Shown: one piece after another, positions 43,493 to 53,648 of the stretch
How positions within the stretch are numbered: the stretch's first letter is position 1
Layout: every line of letters begins with the position of its first letter
Origin: an uncultured Candidatus Saccharibacteria bacterium
GTDB taxonomy: Bacteria; Patescibacteriota; Minisyncoccia; Phycocordibacterales; UBA9973
Direction: 5' to 3'
NCBI GenBank assembly: GCA_964610995.1
Contig: CAZSWF010000001.1
Coordinates: 2,813 to 66,812 of the forward strand
DNA length: 64,000 nucleotides
Made by a program: the position numbers and the translations under genes
The notes under the pieces: generated by a model
Seen by the model: the letters and a program-made list of their open reading frames with translations, nothing else
Database searches by the model: none
Told to the model about the DNA's origin: nothing

Positions 43493-44758
43493 ATGGACCC
43501 CATATCCGCGTACAAAGAGCGCGCATTTGCAAAGGTGGTCGCGATCATCTGTGCAACTATCGCATTTTTTTTATTTGTAGGTGTTGTTGGGACGGATCGG
43601 ACACTTAACAGCGGGGCGGCTGTTGTCACCACATCTGAAGAATCGGTGAATATCCCCTCATTTGAACAATCGATCCCACCACAGAGTATGACCCAGAGTA
43701 CTCTGGGTACGGCACTACATATCGCTACACCCGATCCACTTCGGGGTATTTATCTGACAGGATGGACTGCAGGTACACCCGCACGGCTTGCTCGAGCACT
43801 CACGCTCTTTGAGGGTGACAGTATCCTCAATGCAGTGGTGATCGATATCAAAGACGCTACAGGGAGACTCTCGTATCAGCCTCTCGACGGAGGATTAGTA
43901 GCTATGGGTGTAGGTACCAACAGGATCAAGGATCTCGAAAGTGTGATCGATACATTTCATCAGCGCGGTATCTATGTGATCGGGCGACTGACCGTGTTTC
44001 AAGATCCATTTTATGCAGCAAAGTATCCGAGTGAGGCACTGATCGATACTCGCACCGGACTTGTGTGGCGTGACTACAAGGATATCACATGGTTGCGTCC
44101 CGATAGTGCGGCGGTCGCCGAGTATACAGCTACTATTGCGCGGGATGCATATGCGCAAGGCTTTGATGAAATCAACCTCGACTATGTACGCTTCCCCTCT
44201 GATGGTGAGCTCAAGTATATCGATCTCTCTACGTTTACGAAAAACAAAGCCGAAACGATGCAAGATTTTTTCCGTACGATGCGAGAGGCGCTTGCGGGTA
44301 TACCACTCTCGGCAGACGTGTTTGGGTTGACGATGTCTGCGCGCGACGACGTCGGGATAGGGCAGAAAGCAGTACTCATCGCTCCCCAAGTAGATGCGCT
44401 TGCGCCAATGCTGTACCCATCACACTTTTGGAATGGAAGTTACGGTATAGAAGTACCTGCTGAGAAACCGTATGAAGTTATGTACCAAGCTCTCTCTGAT
44501 GGTATCGCAAAGCTTGAAGCTGTCGGTATTGATAGAGACAAGATTAGGCCATGGTTCCAAGACTTTGATCTCCTTGGTGTGTCATACGATGCGAGTATGG
44601 TGCGTGCACAGATACAGGCAGCAGCAGACCTTGGTATCTACTCATGGATGATGTGGGACCCGCGCAATGACTATACAGACGAGGTGTATAAACTAGAGCC
44701 GGAAGTCGGGCTCGAACCGACGACCACCCGTTTACAAAACGGGAGCTCTACCAACTGA
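43493..44758 (+). CDS. Putative glycoside hydrolase (DUF4015-like), membrane-anchored
   Basis: GIYLT, NAVVIDIKD, GFDEINLDYVRFP, PMLYPSH, RPWFQDF, WMMWDPRN. Confidence 0.85.
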   Translation: MDPISAYKERAFAKVVAIICATIAFFLFVGVVGTDRTLNSGAAVVTTSEESVNIPSFEQSIPPQSMTQSTLGTALHIATPDPLRGIYLTGWTAGTPARLARALTLFEGDSILNAVVIDIKDATGRLSYQPLDGGLVAMGVGTNRIKDLESVIDTFHQRGIYVIGRLTVFQDPFYAAKYPSEALIDTRTGLVWRDYKDITWLRPDSAAVAEYTATIARDAYAQGFDEINLDYVRFPSDGELKYIDLSTFTKNKAETMQDFFRTMREALAGIPLSADVFGLTMSARDDVGIGQKAVLIAPQVDALAPMLYPSHFWNGSYGIEVPAEKPYEVMYQALSDGIAKLEAVGIDRDKIRPWFQDFDLLGVSYDASMVRAQIQAAADLGIYSWMMWDPRNDYTDEVYKLEPEVGLEPTTTRLQNGSSTN

Positions 44759-44769
44759 GCTATTCCGGC
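44697..44769 (-). tRNA. tRNA-Thr (TGT)
   Basis: Reverse complement GCCGGAATAGCTCAGTTGGTAGAGCTCCCGTTTTGTAAACGGGTGGTCGTCGGTTCGAGCCCGACTTCCGGCT. Confidence 0.94.
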
Positions 44770-44804
44770 GTACGACCACTGTTCGTGATCGATTGGTCCC
44801 AAGA

Positions 44805-45191
44805 CTATATCATGTTTTTATTGTGCGGCAAACGTTTCGGTTTTGCGGCGGGAGTCTTTGAGATAGATTTGAGGAAGTATGACGATGGGCCATGAGTGAG
44901 CCCGGTGAGTATATCGCGTTTGGCAAATGCTGGGGCGGCCTTGGGGAACACTTTGAGGAATGCCTTTTGCGCCCGTGACGTACCCCATGCGAGTGCCTGC
45001 TTCAAGCGTGCGAGTGCGCTGTACCATCCACGGCGAGATAGACGTACCCCTTTGTCTACTTGTGCAAGGAGTGGTGCAGTCTGTGCGACGGGAAGTGGTG
45101 CACCTGTCGTCACCTTCCATGAGGCGTACATACTGTACAGCCAGGTCAGCACGATGAGCCCGAGGGTGATAAAAGCAACTACAGTGATCAT
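44805..45191 (-). CDS. Hypothetical membrane-anchored basic protein
   Basis: N-terminal TM; starts 3 nt after the tsf stop; SSYFLKSIS motif. Confidence 0.7.
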   Translation of the reverse strand: MITVVAFITLGLIVLTWLYSMYASWKVTTGAPLPVAQTAPLLAQVDKGVRLSRRGWYSALARLKQALAWGTSRAQKAFLKVFPKAAPAFAKRDILTGLTHGPSSYFLKSISKTPAAKPKRLPHNKNMI

Positions 45192-45194
45192 GTA

Positions 45195-45974
45195 CTATAC
45201 AGTATACGTCACAAACCGCTCCACCGTAGCACCTGCATCTTGCGCATACTGCTTGATGGTTTTTTCAGGGGTTTTGAAAAATGGTTGCTCATCAAGCGTC
45301 TGCTCTTTGAAGTAAGACGCGATTTTGCCTTGCATGATTTGCGCTTTCATTTCTTCTGGTTTATCGATTGCTTCCATTTCACCTTTGAGTACTTCCATTA
45401 CTTGCGCGCGGTCAGCATCATTGATATCTGTGGTGTGTACATACTTGGGCTTCATTGCTGCGGTATGCATTGCGATATCTTTTGCGACTTCTGGAGTTCC
45501 GCCGTTGAGTACTACGATAGTTGCAGTCTTGCCGGTGTGGTGCGTATAGGCACCAACTACAGCTCCGGTTACTTCTGAGATATCACCAAGTTTGATGTTT
45601 TCACCGATCTTGAGCACAACATCATTGATGAGCGCAGGAGCAGCTTCGCGTGCAGCTGCTTCACCTTTTTCCCATGCCATATCAGCGAGTGTATTTGCAA
45701 GCTTCACGAAGTCATCGTTTTTTGCGACGAAGTCAGTCTCGCAGTTCATGATCAGTGTCAGTGCGCGTGTACCATCGGTACGTACGATGACGAGGCCGTC
45801 AGATGCATCACGATCAGCTTTTTTACCAGCGATTTCCGCACCCTTTTTTTGAAGAATGATCATTGCCTTGTCCATGTCGCCTTCAGCTTCTTCGAGTGCT
45901 TTACGGCATTGCATAACAGAGACGCCTGTTGCGTCACGAAGTTCTTTTACTTGTTCAGTGGTGATAGTACTCAT
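45195..45974 (-). CDS. tsf: Elongation factor Ts
   Basis: VKELRDATGVSVMQCRKAL, NCETDFVA, DIAMH. Confidence 0.96.
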   Translation of the reverse strand: MSTITTEQVKELRDATGVSVMQCRKALEEAEGDMDKAMIILQKKGAEIAGKKADRDASDGLVIVRTDGTRALTLIMNCETDFVAKNDDFVKLANTLADMAWEKGEAAAREAAPALINDVVLKIGENIKLGDISEVTGAVVGAYTHHTGKTATIVVLNGGTPEVAKDIAMHTAAMKPKYVHTTDINDADRAQVMEVLKGEMEAIDKPEEMKAQIMQGKIASYFKEQTLDEQPFFKTPEKTIKQYAQDAGATVERFVTYTV

Positions 45975-46001
45975 TATGATATTAGGAGCTAGATTAATAA
46001 A

Positions 46002-46682
46002 TTATTTGTTTCCTTCGAAAGCGTCCTTGAGTATACCAAGGATTGTCGAAATACTCGATGCAGATGAATCATTTGCAACGATGGGGTATTCGATCGCACG
46101 AATAGAACAGTCGGTGTTGCCTAGTGCGATCACAGGGATGTTCATCTTGCGAGCTTCAAGTACTGCAATGTGCTCTTTTTTGGAGTCTACGACTACCATT
46201 GCTTCTGGCATTTTTGCCAAACCAAGCAATCCAGAGAAATACTTATTGAGACGTTCCATTTCACGGTTGAGTAGGAGCTGCTCTTTCTTGGTGTACTTTG
46301 CGTATTCTCCAGAGACACGTTCTTCTTTCATTTTCTCAAGCTTGTCGATACGTTGCTTGATCTGCGGGAAGTTGGTCAGTATTCCTCCGATCCATCGTTC
46401 TGTTACGTATGGCTGTCGAAGTGCAGACGCTACTTCGATCACACTTGTGCGAGCTTCTGGTTTGACACCGACCCAAAGGACGTTCTTGCCAGCAGCGCCG
46501 AGCTCCGCGAGAAACTTGGCTGCAGCTTCGATCTGAGGAATAACTTTTTCGACATCGATGATGTCAGCACCGTTTTTGGTTCCATAGAGGAATGGGGTAA
46601 CGGTAGGGTGGCGTCGTGTACGGGTATAACCGTAGTGGACACCTGCCTCCATGAGGCTAGTGGGTGAGTGTTCTTTTTTCAT
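46002..46682 (-). CDS. rpsB: 30S ribosomal protein S2
   Basis: LMEAGVHYG, RWIGGILTN, ANDSS. Confidence 0.96.
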   Translation of the reverse strand: MKKEHSPTSLMEAGVHYGYTRTRRHPTVTPFLYGTKNGADIIDVEKVIPQIEAAAKFLAELGAAGKNVLWVGVKPEARTSVIEVASALRQPYVTERWIGGILTNFPQIKQRIDKLEKMKEERVSGEYAKYTKKEQLLLNREMERLNKYFSGLLGLAKMPEAMVVVDSKKEHIAVLEARKMNIPVIALGNTDCSIRAIEYPIVANDSSASSISTILGILKDAFEGNK

Positions 46683-46806
46683 ACAATCTGTAGCAGGAAG
46701 GGAACGAGCCCGACCTTAATTACTGAATAATTTCCTGCGCCCTGCGTAGCTTAGCGAAGCAGGGATACGGAGCCAAAACAATAGCATTTAGAAGGGGTTT
46801 TGGCAA
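46683..46806 (-). promoter_or_regulatory. rpsB promoter and structured leader
   Basis: TTGCCA-17-TATTGT on the minus strand; stems CCCTGC/GCAGGG and GCAGGAA/TTCCTGC before the ATG. Confidence 0.55.
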
Positions 46807-46883
46807 GTGGAGTATATTGACAATTATTTATAATAATGTTATTATGAGAACATAACGAATTTGTACAATTTAAAAAAATAACA

Positions 46884-47264
46884 ATGAAAAAAGATTCACA
46901 AGTTTTTCTAAGATACTTTGGTATAAAACATCTTTCAGATCTTATTGGAAGAAAGTTTTTAATAAACTTAAAGCACAAGTGGCATGATGGTGAAGAAGGT
47001 GAAATTGAAATCTGTTTTCAAATTCAACAATATTCTTTTTCTGTCCAAAACCTTGAGTTCATTGTTCCTACGGTGGGAATTGAAGGAAACTCGGATATAA
47101 AGGATGTGTTATTAAGTTTCTTTCCATCAAATAATGGGAATCAGGTCGAGTATGGCCTTTCGTTCAAAAGCGACTATCTTGTAGAAAATGGCCGTGAAGA
47201 TAAAAAACATATCTCTTATGAAGGTAAAAACGGTTCTAAATCATTTCAAGTTAAGTTACTGTGA
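46884..47264 (+). CDS. AT-rich orphan hypothetical protein
   Basis: Own TTGACA-17-TATTAT promoter (46817-46845); terminator AGCTCTCT-AAAT-AGAGAGCT+T tract (47280-47305). Confidence 0.7.
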   Translation: MKKDSQVFLRYFGIKHLSDLIGRKFLINLKHKWHDGEEGEIEICFQIQQYSFSVQNLEFIVPTVGIEGNSDIKDVLLSFFPSNNGNQVEYGLSFKSDYLVENGREDKKHISYEGKNGSKSFQVKLL

Positions 47265-47332
47265 TTTTTCTAAAGGTTTAGCTCTCTAAATAGAGAGCTT
47301 TTTTTATTGCCTAAAATGTGCGATTATAGGGT

Positions 47333-48784
47333 ATGCAAATGTCACACGACAAGCCTATTACTCCGCGCGCTGAGGATTATTCTCAATGGTACCTTGATGT
47401 TATTGCGGCAGCTGACCTGGCAGAAAACTCACCAGTTCGGGGTTGTATGGTTATTAAACCCAACGGATATGCTATCTGGGAAAAGGTTCAGCAAACACTC
47501 GATGAAGAATTCAAAAACAAAGGCGTGCAAAACGCTTATTTTCCGTTATTGATTCCTGAAAAGTTTCTCAAGCGCGAAGCACAGCACGTAGAAGGCTTTG
47601 CACCAGAAGTTGCAGTTGTCACGCACGCAGGTGGTGAGAAACTCGATGAGCCACTCGTGATCCGTCCTACGTCTGAAACGATCATGTATGAAGTATTTTC
47701 AAAATGGGTACGATCATATAGAGATCTGCCGCTCTTGATCAATCAATGGGCAAATGTGGTGCGATGGGAACTTCGTACAAAACCATTTCTCCGAACTACT
47801 GAGTTTCTATGGCAAGAGGGTCACACCGTACATCAGAATGAACAAGAAGCAGATGACTTTGCGCGACAAATGCTCGACGTATACAAAAACTTTTCAAGAG
47901 ACTATATGGCAATCCCTGTTGTTATCGGAGAAAAGACTGAGAGTGAACGATTTGCTGGTGCGCTCAAGACATATTGCTGTGAAGCAATGATGCAAGATGG
48001 CAAGGCATTGCAATATGCAACTTCGCACAATCTCGGAGATAATTTTGCTAGAGCGTTTGAAGTGCAATATCTCGACCAGAACAATACACTACAGTACGGA
48101 TGGCAGACGAGTTGGGGTCTCTCAACACGATCTATCGGTGGATTGATCATGACACATAGTGATGACAAAGGTTTGGTGCTTCCTCCAAAAATGGCTTCAA
48201 TGAAAGTCGTTATTGTTCCGATTTTTAAGGCCGATAGTAAAGAAAAAGTATTGCCGATTGTTTCTATACTCAAGAAACAAATCGAAGAAGCTCTCGGTAT
48301 TCGAACTGTACATGTTGATGATCGAGAAAATATGTCGATAGGAGAAAAGTTTTTCGAATGGGAAAAGCGAGGGATACCACTTCGCATAGAAATTGGTCCA
48401 AAAGATATTGAAAAAGAACAATGCATGGCAGTGCGAAGAGATACCGGAGAGAAAATAGGTATTTCATATCACTCAGAAATATTTGGTGAAGCGGTGAGAG
48501 ATATATTGGATATCATGCAGACCAATCTCTTAGTTACTGCGCAACAACGTTTGGAAGAAAATACTATTACTATAGATTCATGGGATGATTTTGTTTCTGC
48601 TATTGAAGGCGGGAAATTTGTTATGGCGCATTGGGATGGTACTCCAGAAACAGAAAAGAAAATTAAAGAAGAGGTCGGCGCAACTATTCGTTGTATTCCA
48701 TTTGATAACAAGGTCGAATCAGGTGCTTGTATAAAAACAGGTAACCCTTCTACGCAGCGTGTACTTTTCGCGAAGGCATACTAA
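47333..48784 (+). CDS. proS: Prolyl-tRNA synthetase (archaeal/eukaryote-like type)
   Basis: EGFAPE, RPTSET, QWANVVRWE, FLWQEGHT, C-terminal FAKAY. Confidence 0.96.
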   Translation: MQMSHDKPITPRAEDYSQWYLDVIAAADLAENSPVRGCMVIKPNGYAIWEKVQQTLDEEFKNKGVQNAYFPLLIPEKFLKREAQHVEGFAPEVAVVTHAGGEKLDEPLVIRPTSETIMYEVFSKWVRSYRDLPLLINQWANVVRWELRTKPFLRTTEFLWQEGHTVHQNEQEADDFARQMLDVYKNFSRDYMAIPVVIGEKTESERFAGALKTYCCEAMMQDGKALQYATSHNLGDNFARAFEVQYLDQNNTLQYGWQTSWGLSTRSIGGLIMTHSDDKGLVLPPKMASMKVVIVPIFKADSKEKVLPIVSILKKQIEEALGIRTVHVDDRENMSIGEKFFEWEKRGIPLRIEIGPKDIEKEQCMAVRRDTGEKIGISYHSEIFGEAVRDILDIMQTNLLVTAQQRLEENTITIDSWDDFVSAIEGGKFVMAHWDGTPETEKKIKEEVGATIRCIPFDNKVESGACIKTGNPSTQRVLFAKAY

Positions 48785-48786
48785 GC

Positions 48787-49830
48787 ATGTTTAAATCTCT
48801 CTATCGCAGATTTTCAAATGATATTGGTATCGATCTTGGTACTGCTAACACACTTGTGTATCTCAGTGGGTACGGCATCATCATCAACGAACCATCGATC
48901 GTGGCTGTGAACCAAAAAACAGGACAGATCGTGGCGGTTGGGCATGAAGCCAAGAAAATGTGGGGCAAGACCCCTGCACATATACAAATCATCAGACCAC
49001 TGATCGAAGGGGTTGTTTCAGATTTTGATATGACAGAGGAGATGCTCGCATACTTTATCCGCAAGGCGCAAATGATGAGCAAGAAATTCTTCCGTCCACG
49101 AGTTGTGATCGGTGTACCGAGTGGTATTACCAACGTTGAGATGCGCGCAGTCTACGACGCTGCCATCGATGCGGGTGCACGAGAAGTGTATCTCGTCGAA
49201 GAAGCAATGGCAGCTGCGATAGGTGTGCGTTTACCAGTGCTCGATGCCAAGGCAACATTTGTGATAGATATTGGCGGAGGGACGACCGACATTGCACTTA
49301 TCGCACTCGGTGGTGTCGTACGATCCCTCAATTTGCGGATTGCAGGAGATCATTTCAATGAGCGCGTGATCGAGTATTTGCGAGATGAATTTAAACTACT
49401 GGTGGGAGAACCGACCGCAGAGAGTGTCAAGCTTGCACTTGGTTCTGCGATCGAGACAGAGTATGCCGAGATAGAAGTCCGTGGCCGCGACCTCGTCAGT
49501 GGACTACCACGTGCACTCGTCGTCACCGATGGTGATATACGCGAAGCACTCATGCGACCGATCGGGTTCCTCGTGACTGCGATCAAAGAAGTACTCGAAA
49601 CTGCACCACCAGAAATGATGGCCGATGTGCTCCAGAGCGGGATCGTACTGACTGGAGGTGGCGCGCTTTTGCCAGGACTACCAGCACTATTGGAAAATGA
49701 GTTGTCGTTACCAGTGCATATTGCCCAGGACCCATTGTCGGCAGTAGCGCGTGGGACGGGTATTATTTTAGAAAACTTTGAACAATACGAAAGTGTCATA
49801 ATCCCCCTTGATGAACATGTTGTCATATAG
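48787..49830 (+). CDS. mreB: Rod shape-determining protein MreB
   Basis: GIDLGTANT, DIGGGTTD, LTGGGALL. Confidence 0.96.
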   Translation: MFKSLYRRFSNDIGIDLGTANTLVYLSGYGIIINEPSIVAVNQKTGQIVAVGHEAKKMWGKTPAHIQIIRPLIEGVVSDFDMTEEMLAYFIRKAQMMSKKFFRPRVVIGVPSGITNVEMRAVYDAAIDAGAREVYLVEEAMAAAIGVRLPVLDAKATFVIDIGGGTTDIALIALGGVVRSLNLRIAGDHFNERVIEYLRDEFKLLVGEPTAESVKLALGSAIETEYAEIEVRGRDLVSGLPRALVVTDGDIREALMRPIGFLVTAIKEVLETAPPEMMADVLQSGIVLTGGGALLPGLPALLENELSLPVHIAQDPLSAVARGTGIILENFEQYESVIIPLDEHVVI

Positions 49831-50575
49831 CCGTAGTGCCAAACAGTCACATAAACGCAAACGTCTCATAATGAGCCTTGTTGGTATCATCGGAGGTGTG
49901 TTTCTGGTATGGGGTATGACAAAAGTAGTCGTAAACAATACGATCGCACATAAACCACTCGCATCTGCTGGTACTATTGTCAGCACTCTTTCGTCCAAGC
50001 GTGCACTTGTAGACAAGATCACTGAACTACAAACGACACTCGAGTCATACGATGCAGAGCTCAGTACTGCAGCACTCATGCAAACAGAAAACGCCGAGCT
50101 CAAAGCCGAGCTCAATCGTCTACCGAGTACTCGTGGGACACTTGCACATGTGGTCACACTACCCAACCGTAGTCTCTACGACACCGTCACAGTAGATGCG
50201 GGTGTAGCGCAAGGGATCACCGAAGGACAAATCGCATATGCGTTTGGCAGTATTGCGCTTGGGACGGTGTCATCGGTAGGAGAAGACTATGCGACGGTTA
50301 CACTGTTTAGTGCGCCAGGACGTGAGACTTCCGGTACGGTGGCTGGGAGTAATGTCGCGATCACGATGATCGGCAGAGGTGGAGGTGAGTACGAGGTGCG
50401 CATGCCACGAGACGTAGACTTTGCGGTGGGAGGGCTGATCGCGTATCAGTCGACCGACACCGCAGTGCTTGCAGAGATCGAGCGCATTGCGACCGACCCG
50501 CGTGATCCATTTCAGAAATTGTATGCAAAAACTCCCATCAATTTACAGGCGCTCAAGTGGGTAATAGTACGATAG
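49811..50575 (+). CDS. mreC: Rod shape-determining protein MreC
   Basis: TM, coiled coil (ENAELKAEL), beta domain; follows mreB. Confidence 0.85.
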   Translation: MNMLSYSRSAKQSHKRKRLIMSLVGIIGGVFLVWGMTKVVVNNTIAHKPLASAGTIVSTLSSKRALVDKITELQTTLESYDAELSTAALMQTENAELKAELNRLPSTRGTLAHVVTLPNRSLYDTVTVDAGVAQGITEGQIAYAFGSIALGTVSSVGEDYATVTLFSAPGRETSGTVAGSNVAITMIGRGGGEYEVRMPRDVDFAVGGLIAYQSTDTAVLAEIERIATDPRDPFQKLYAKTPINLQALKWVIVR

Positions 50576-50609
50576 TTTGTAGTATACTAAATTATTGTAG
50601 GTATTTAGT

Positions 50610-53600
50610 ATGAAATTTTTTCAAAAACTAATAGTAACAATTTGTTTGGTTTTGACTATCATAGTGTCAGGTATTTTCTTGGCTAGCGCACAAGATCTTA
50701 TTGATTATCCATATTCATTCGGTGACACTGGTGTAGAATGTGGCTTTCAACCTACTAGCTCTCTCACATATGTAGAAAGTGAGAAAAAGCTCTATGGAAT
50801 GACAACCCGAGGTGGAATAAATAACCTAGGGGTGGTATTTGCTTACGATCCCTATGGTGCAACTTGTTCTATCTTACATGAGTTTAATACGCCTGAAGGG
50901 GTACTTCCTACGGGCTCTCTCACATATGTAGAAAGTGAGCAAAAGCTTTACGGAACGACAACTGCAGGAGGGGCAAGCGATCAAGGGACAATATTTTCAT
51001 TACGCGTAGATGGAACTGAATATGTAACAGTAAAAGATTTTGCTGGTGCGGAAGGATCCAATCCAAAAACCTCTCTCACATATGTAGAAAGTGAGCAAAA
51101 GCTCTACGGAACGACATCTACAGGGGGAACAAATGCAACAGGGGTAATATTTAGTTATACTTTGAGTGATGGGACTTATACAGTCTTGCATAATTTTGAT
51201 AGTGGTATAGATATTATAGGGTCACTCACGTATCTCGAAAACGAAAACAGTTTGTACGGTATGGCAACCAAGGGTGGCCCGGATGATAATGGTGTTATTT
51301 TTAGATTCAATCTTACGCAAAGTATTTATGAAACGGCATATTCTTTTGGAAATAAGGTCGAAGGAACTGCCCCATTTGGAGCGTTGACAGCGGTAGGTAA
51401 AACCTTGTATGGAAGAACTAGGTCTGAAGGAGAATTTAAATTTGGTGTTATTTTTTCTATACGAGGTGAACAGTACACAGTGTTACACAATTTTGAAACC
51501 GCAAATGATGCTGATTTCAATAGCGCACTACTTTTTGATGGAGTACGTAAAGTCTACGGTACTACATCAGTAGGTGGCGCCAATAATGCCGGGGTACTTT
51601 TTTCTTATGATTTAGCAGACAATACGTATTCCGTTAGAGATGTATTGTCTACCGGAATACGTCCCGTTGGGTCCTTAGCTATGCTATCACAGAGTCTACT
51701 ATACGGTATGACGTCTGAGGGGGGAGTAAAGGCTACTGGAACAATATTTAATTTTACTTTTTTAGATATATATCCAGATCCTTTTTCTTTCGATTCTGTA
51801 GAAAATATTCCTAAAAAAACAACCATAAAATCAAATGCCATAACCGTAGACGGTCTCAGTCCGGGTGTATCTGCGGCTATTACTCTTAGTGAGTGCTACG
51901 CAGGAGACTGTGGTTATTTGGTTAATGGAGAAATAGATGTACCGACCGTTTCTAATGGAGATAGTGTTCAAATAACCTTAACTGCGCTTGATTGTGATGA
52001 ATCATATTCCCCAGTAATAACTATCGAAGGAGTACAAGCATCGTTTGATGTAAAAACAGAAGTTTGCAGTAGCGGAGGTGGTGATCCAGACACCGAGGCG
52101 CCAACTGTTTCGTTTACTATGCCGAGTTCCGGATCAAACCTCACTGTTTCTGTAGCGTTTGACGCTCTTGATAATACTGGCGCTACCGGATATATGCTCA
52201 CAGAGTCAGCGACTCTTCCAGAAGCTTCCGATGAGCGATGGCAGGCAAGCGCTCCAGCTTCCTATACATTTTCTACGTATGGTTCGTACACACTCTATGC
52301 GTGGGCCAAAGACGCTGCAGGCAATGTTTCTGCAGAAACTTCGCAAACCATTACACTGACCGATCCCACACCTCCACCACCAGATCCCGAACCCGAACCC
52401 GAACCCGAACCAGAGCCGGAGCCTGATGACGAAGATGCTGGCGGAGGCGGAGGTAGGAGTTCTAGTGGCTCAAATATTGCAGGTGCCGGACTCGTCGGTG
52501 TACAACCATCGACACCTTCTGCACCACAGGCGGTAGTAGAAGTAGTGCCAGTAGTACCAGCTCCAGTAGTAGATACTCCGAGACCTCGTCCAGAACCTAC
52601 TATCGTACTGGACTCACCGATCAAGCAAGCAATCAAACGCAACTTCACTCCTGCGCAAGTAGCAATCATCGAAGTATCTATCAAGGCTATTATTGCGACA
52701 GTCACCGCAATCGGTGGAGCGATTGTTCTCGCGTCTGTGTTGTTCTTGAACCCACTTGCACGACCTGAGTTTATACTCATACCATTGCGACTATGGGCAC
52801 TGCTGCTGGCTGCGCTCGGTATTCGCAAAAAGCCCGTGCCGTGGGGTACGGTGTATGATGCGATCACCAAGCAGCCAGTCGACCCTGTACGAGTGTCACT
52901 CATCGATATAGATGGAAATGTAGTCGAAACATCGATCACTGACTCATCAGGTCGATATGGATTTATTGCGAAACCTGGTGTTTACAAAATGGTACTCTCC
53001 AAGACCAACTACCTCTTTCCATCACACGTGATCGCACAGAAAAATATGCGTGATGAATTGTACGAAAAGCCGTACTTTGGTGACTACTTGCCGTATGATC
53101 CTGCGATTCCGATCGAAAAGAACATCCCGATCGACCCGCTCGACTTTGACACAGCAGCATTTGCGAAAAACAACGGCGATCTATCGGTGCACTATTCTCG
53201 ACGAGAAGAAATCGCTGAACGACTTTTCAATACGCTTTTCTTTACGACATTTGCAGTGGTGGTGGCGAGTCTCATCATCTATCCACAAATGTACAACGTG
53301 ATCATTTTCCTTCTCTATATTGCAGCGTTTATCTTTCGTAGACAGGCCAAGCGCGCGAAACATATGGGTCGCATCTACGACCTCTATGGCAAGCCGCTCG
53401 CTCATGTAACGATGAAAGTGCACTCTGCAGTAGACAATAGTCTGATAAAAACAATAACTACAACTCGTGCTGGTCGCTACTACCTCCACCTACCGCAAGG
53501 CCTGTACTATGTACGCGTCGAACGTACTGGTCCTGACGGTCTCTCTGTGCCGGTTTACTCATCACCCGAGATTCTCATGGTCCGTCACGGCATACTCAAC

Positions 53601-53627
53601 AAAGTGTTTAGTATTGCGTATTCGTAA
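50610..53627 (+). CDS. Large surface protein: signal peptide, about 7 beta-propeller-type repeats (LYGxTxxGG, GloVer-like), Ig-like domains, PE/Pro linker, TM helices and carboxypeptidase-regulatory-like domains
   Basis: Repeated LYG(M/T)T..GG....G(V/T)(I/V)F; DTEAPTV...AKDAAGNVS Ig-like domain; WGTVYD...TDSSGRYGF. Confidence 0.8.
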   Translation: MKFFQKLIVTICLVLTIIVSGIFLASAQDLIDYPYSFGDTGVECGFQPTSSLTYVESEKKLYGMTTRGGINNLGVVFAYDPYGATCSILHEFNTPEGVLPTGSLTYVESEQKLYGTTTAGGASDQGTIFSLRVDGTEYVTVKDFAGAEGSNPKTSLTYVESEQKLYGTTSTGGTNATGVIFSYTLSDGTYTVLHNFDSGIDIIGSLTYLENENSLYGMATKGGPDDNGVIFRFNLTQSIYETAYSFGNKVEGTAPFGALTAVGKTLYGRTRSEGEFKFGVIFSIRGEQYTVLHNFETANDADFNSALLFDGVRKVYGTTSVGGANNAGVLFSYDLADNTYSVRDVLSTGIRPVGSLAMLSQSLLYGMTSEGGVKATGTIFNFTFLDIYPDPFSFDSVENIPKKTTIKSNAITVDGLSPGVSAAITLSECYAGDCGYLVNGEIDVPTVSNGDSVQITLTALDCDESYSPVITIEGVQASFDVKTEVCSSGGGDPDTEAPTVSFTMPSSGSNLTVSVAFDALDNTGATGYMLTESATLPEASDERWQASAPASYTFSTYGSYTLYAWAKDAAGNVSAETSQTITLTDPTPPPPDPEPEPEPEPEPEPDDEDAGGGGGRSSSGSNIAGAGLVGVQPSTPSAPQAVVEVVPVVPAPVVDTPRPRPEPTIVLDSPIKQAIKRNFTPAQVAIIEVSIKAIIATVTAIGGAIVLASVLFLNPLARPEFILIPLRLWALLLAALGIRKKPVPWGTVYDAITKQPVDPVRVSLIDIDGNVVETSITDSSGRYGFIAKPGVYKMVLSKTNYLFPSHVIAQKNMRDELYEKPYFGDYLPYDPAIPIEKNIPIDPLDFDTAAFAKNNGDLSVHYSRREEIAERLFNTLFFTTFAVVVASLIIYPQMYNVIIFLLYIAAFIFRRQAKRAKHMGRIYDLYGKPLAHVTMKVHSAVDNSLIKTITTTRAGRYYLHLPQGLYYVRVERTGPDGLSVPVYSSPEILMVRHGILNKVFSIAYS
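50759..51118 (+). repeat. Three intragenic direct repeats at 156-bp period
   Basis: CTCTCTCACATATGTAGAAAGTGAG is identical at 50759, 50915 and 51071, and near-identical for about 20 further nt. Confidence 0.9.
52386..52409 (+). repeat. (CCCGAA)4 microsatellite encoding a PE linker
   Basis: cccgaa x4 followed by degenerate copies. Confidence 0.85.
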
Positions 53628-53648
53628 AGAGGTGCTACAACTACTACA

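Noticed and set aside
48180-48784. Apparently AT-richer 3' part of proS as a recombinant mosaic
   Set aside because: This is an impression by eye only; the ORF is intact and no breakpoint could be defined without computation.
50759-51118. Regularly spaced direct repeats as a possible CRISPR array
   Set aside because: The 156-bp period is too long, the repeats are in frame within a protein repeat, and no cas genes are present.
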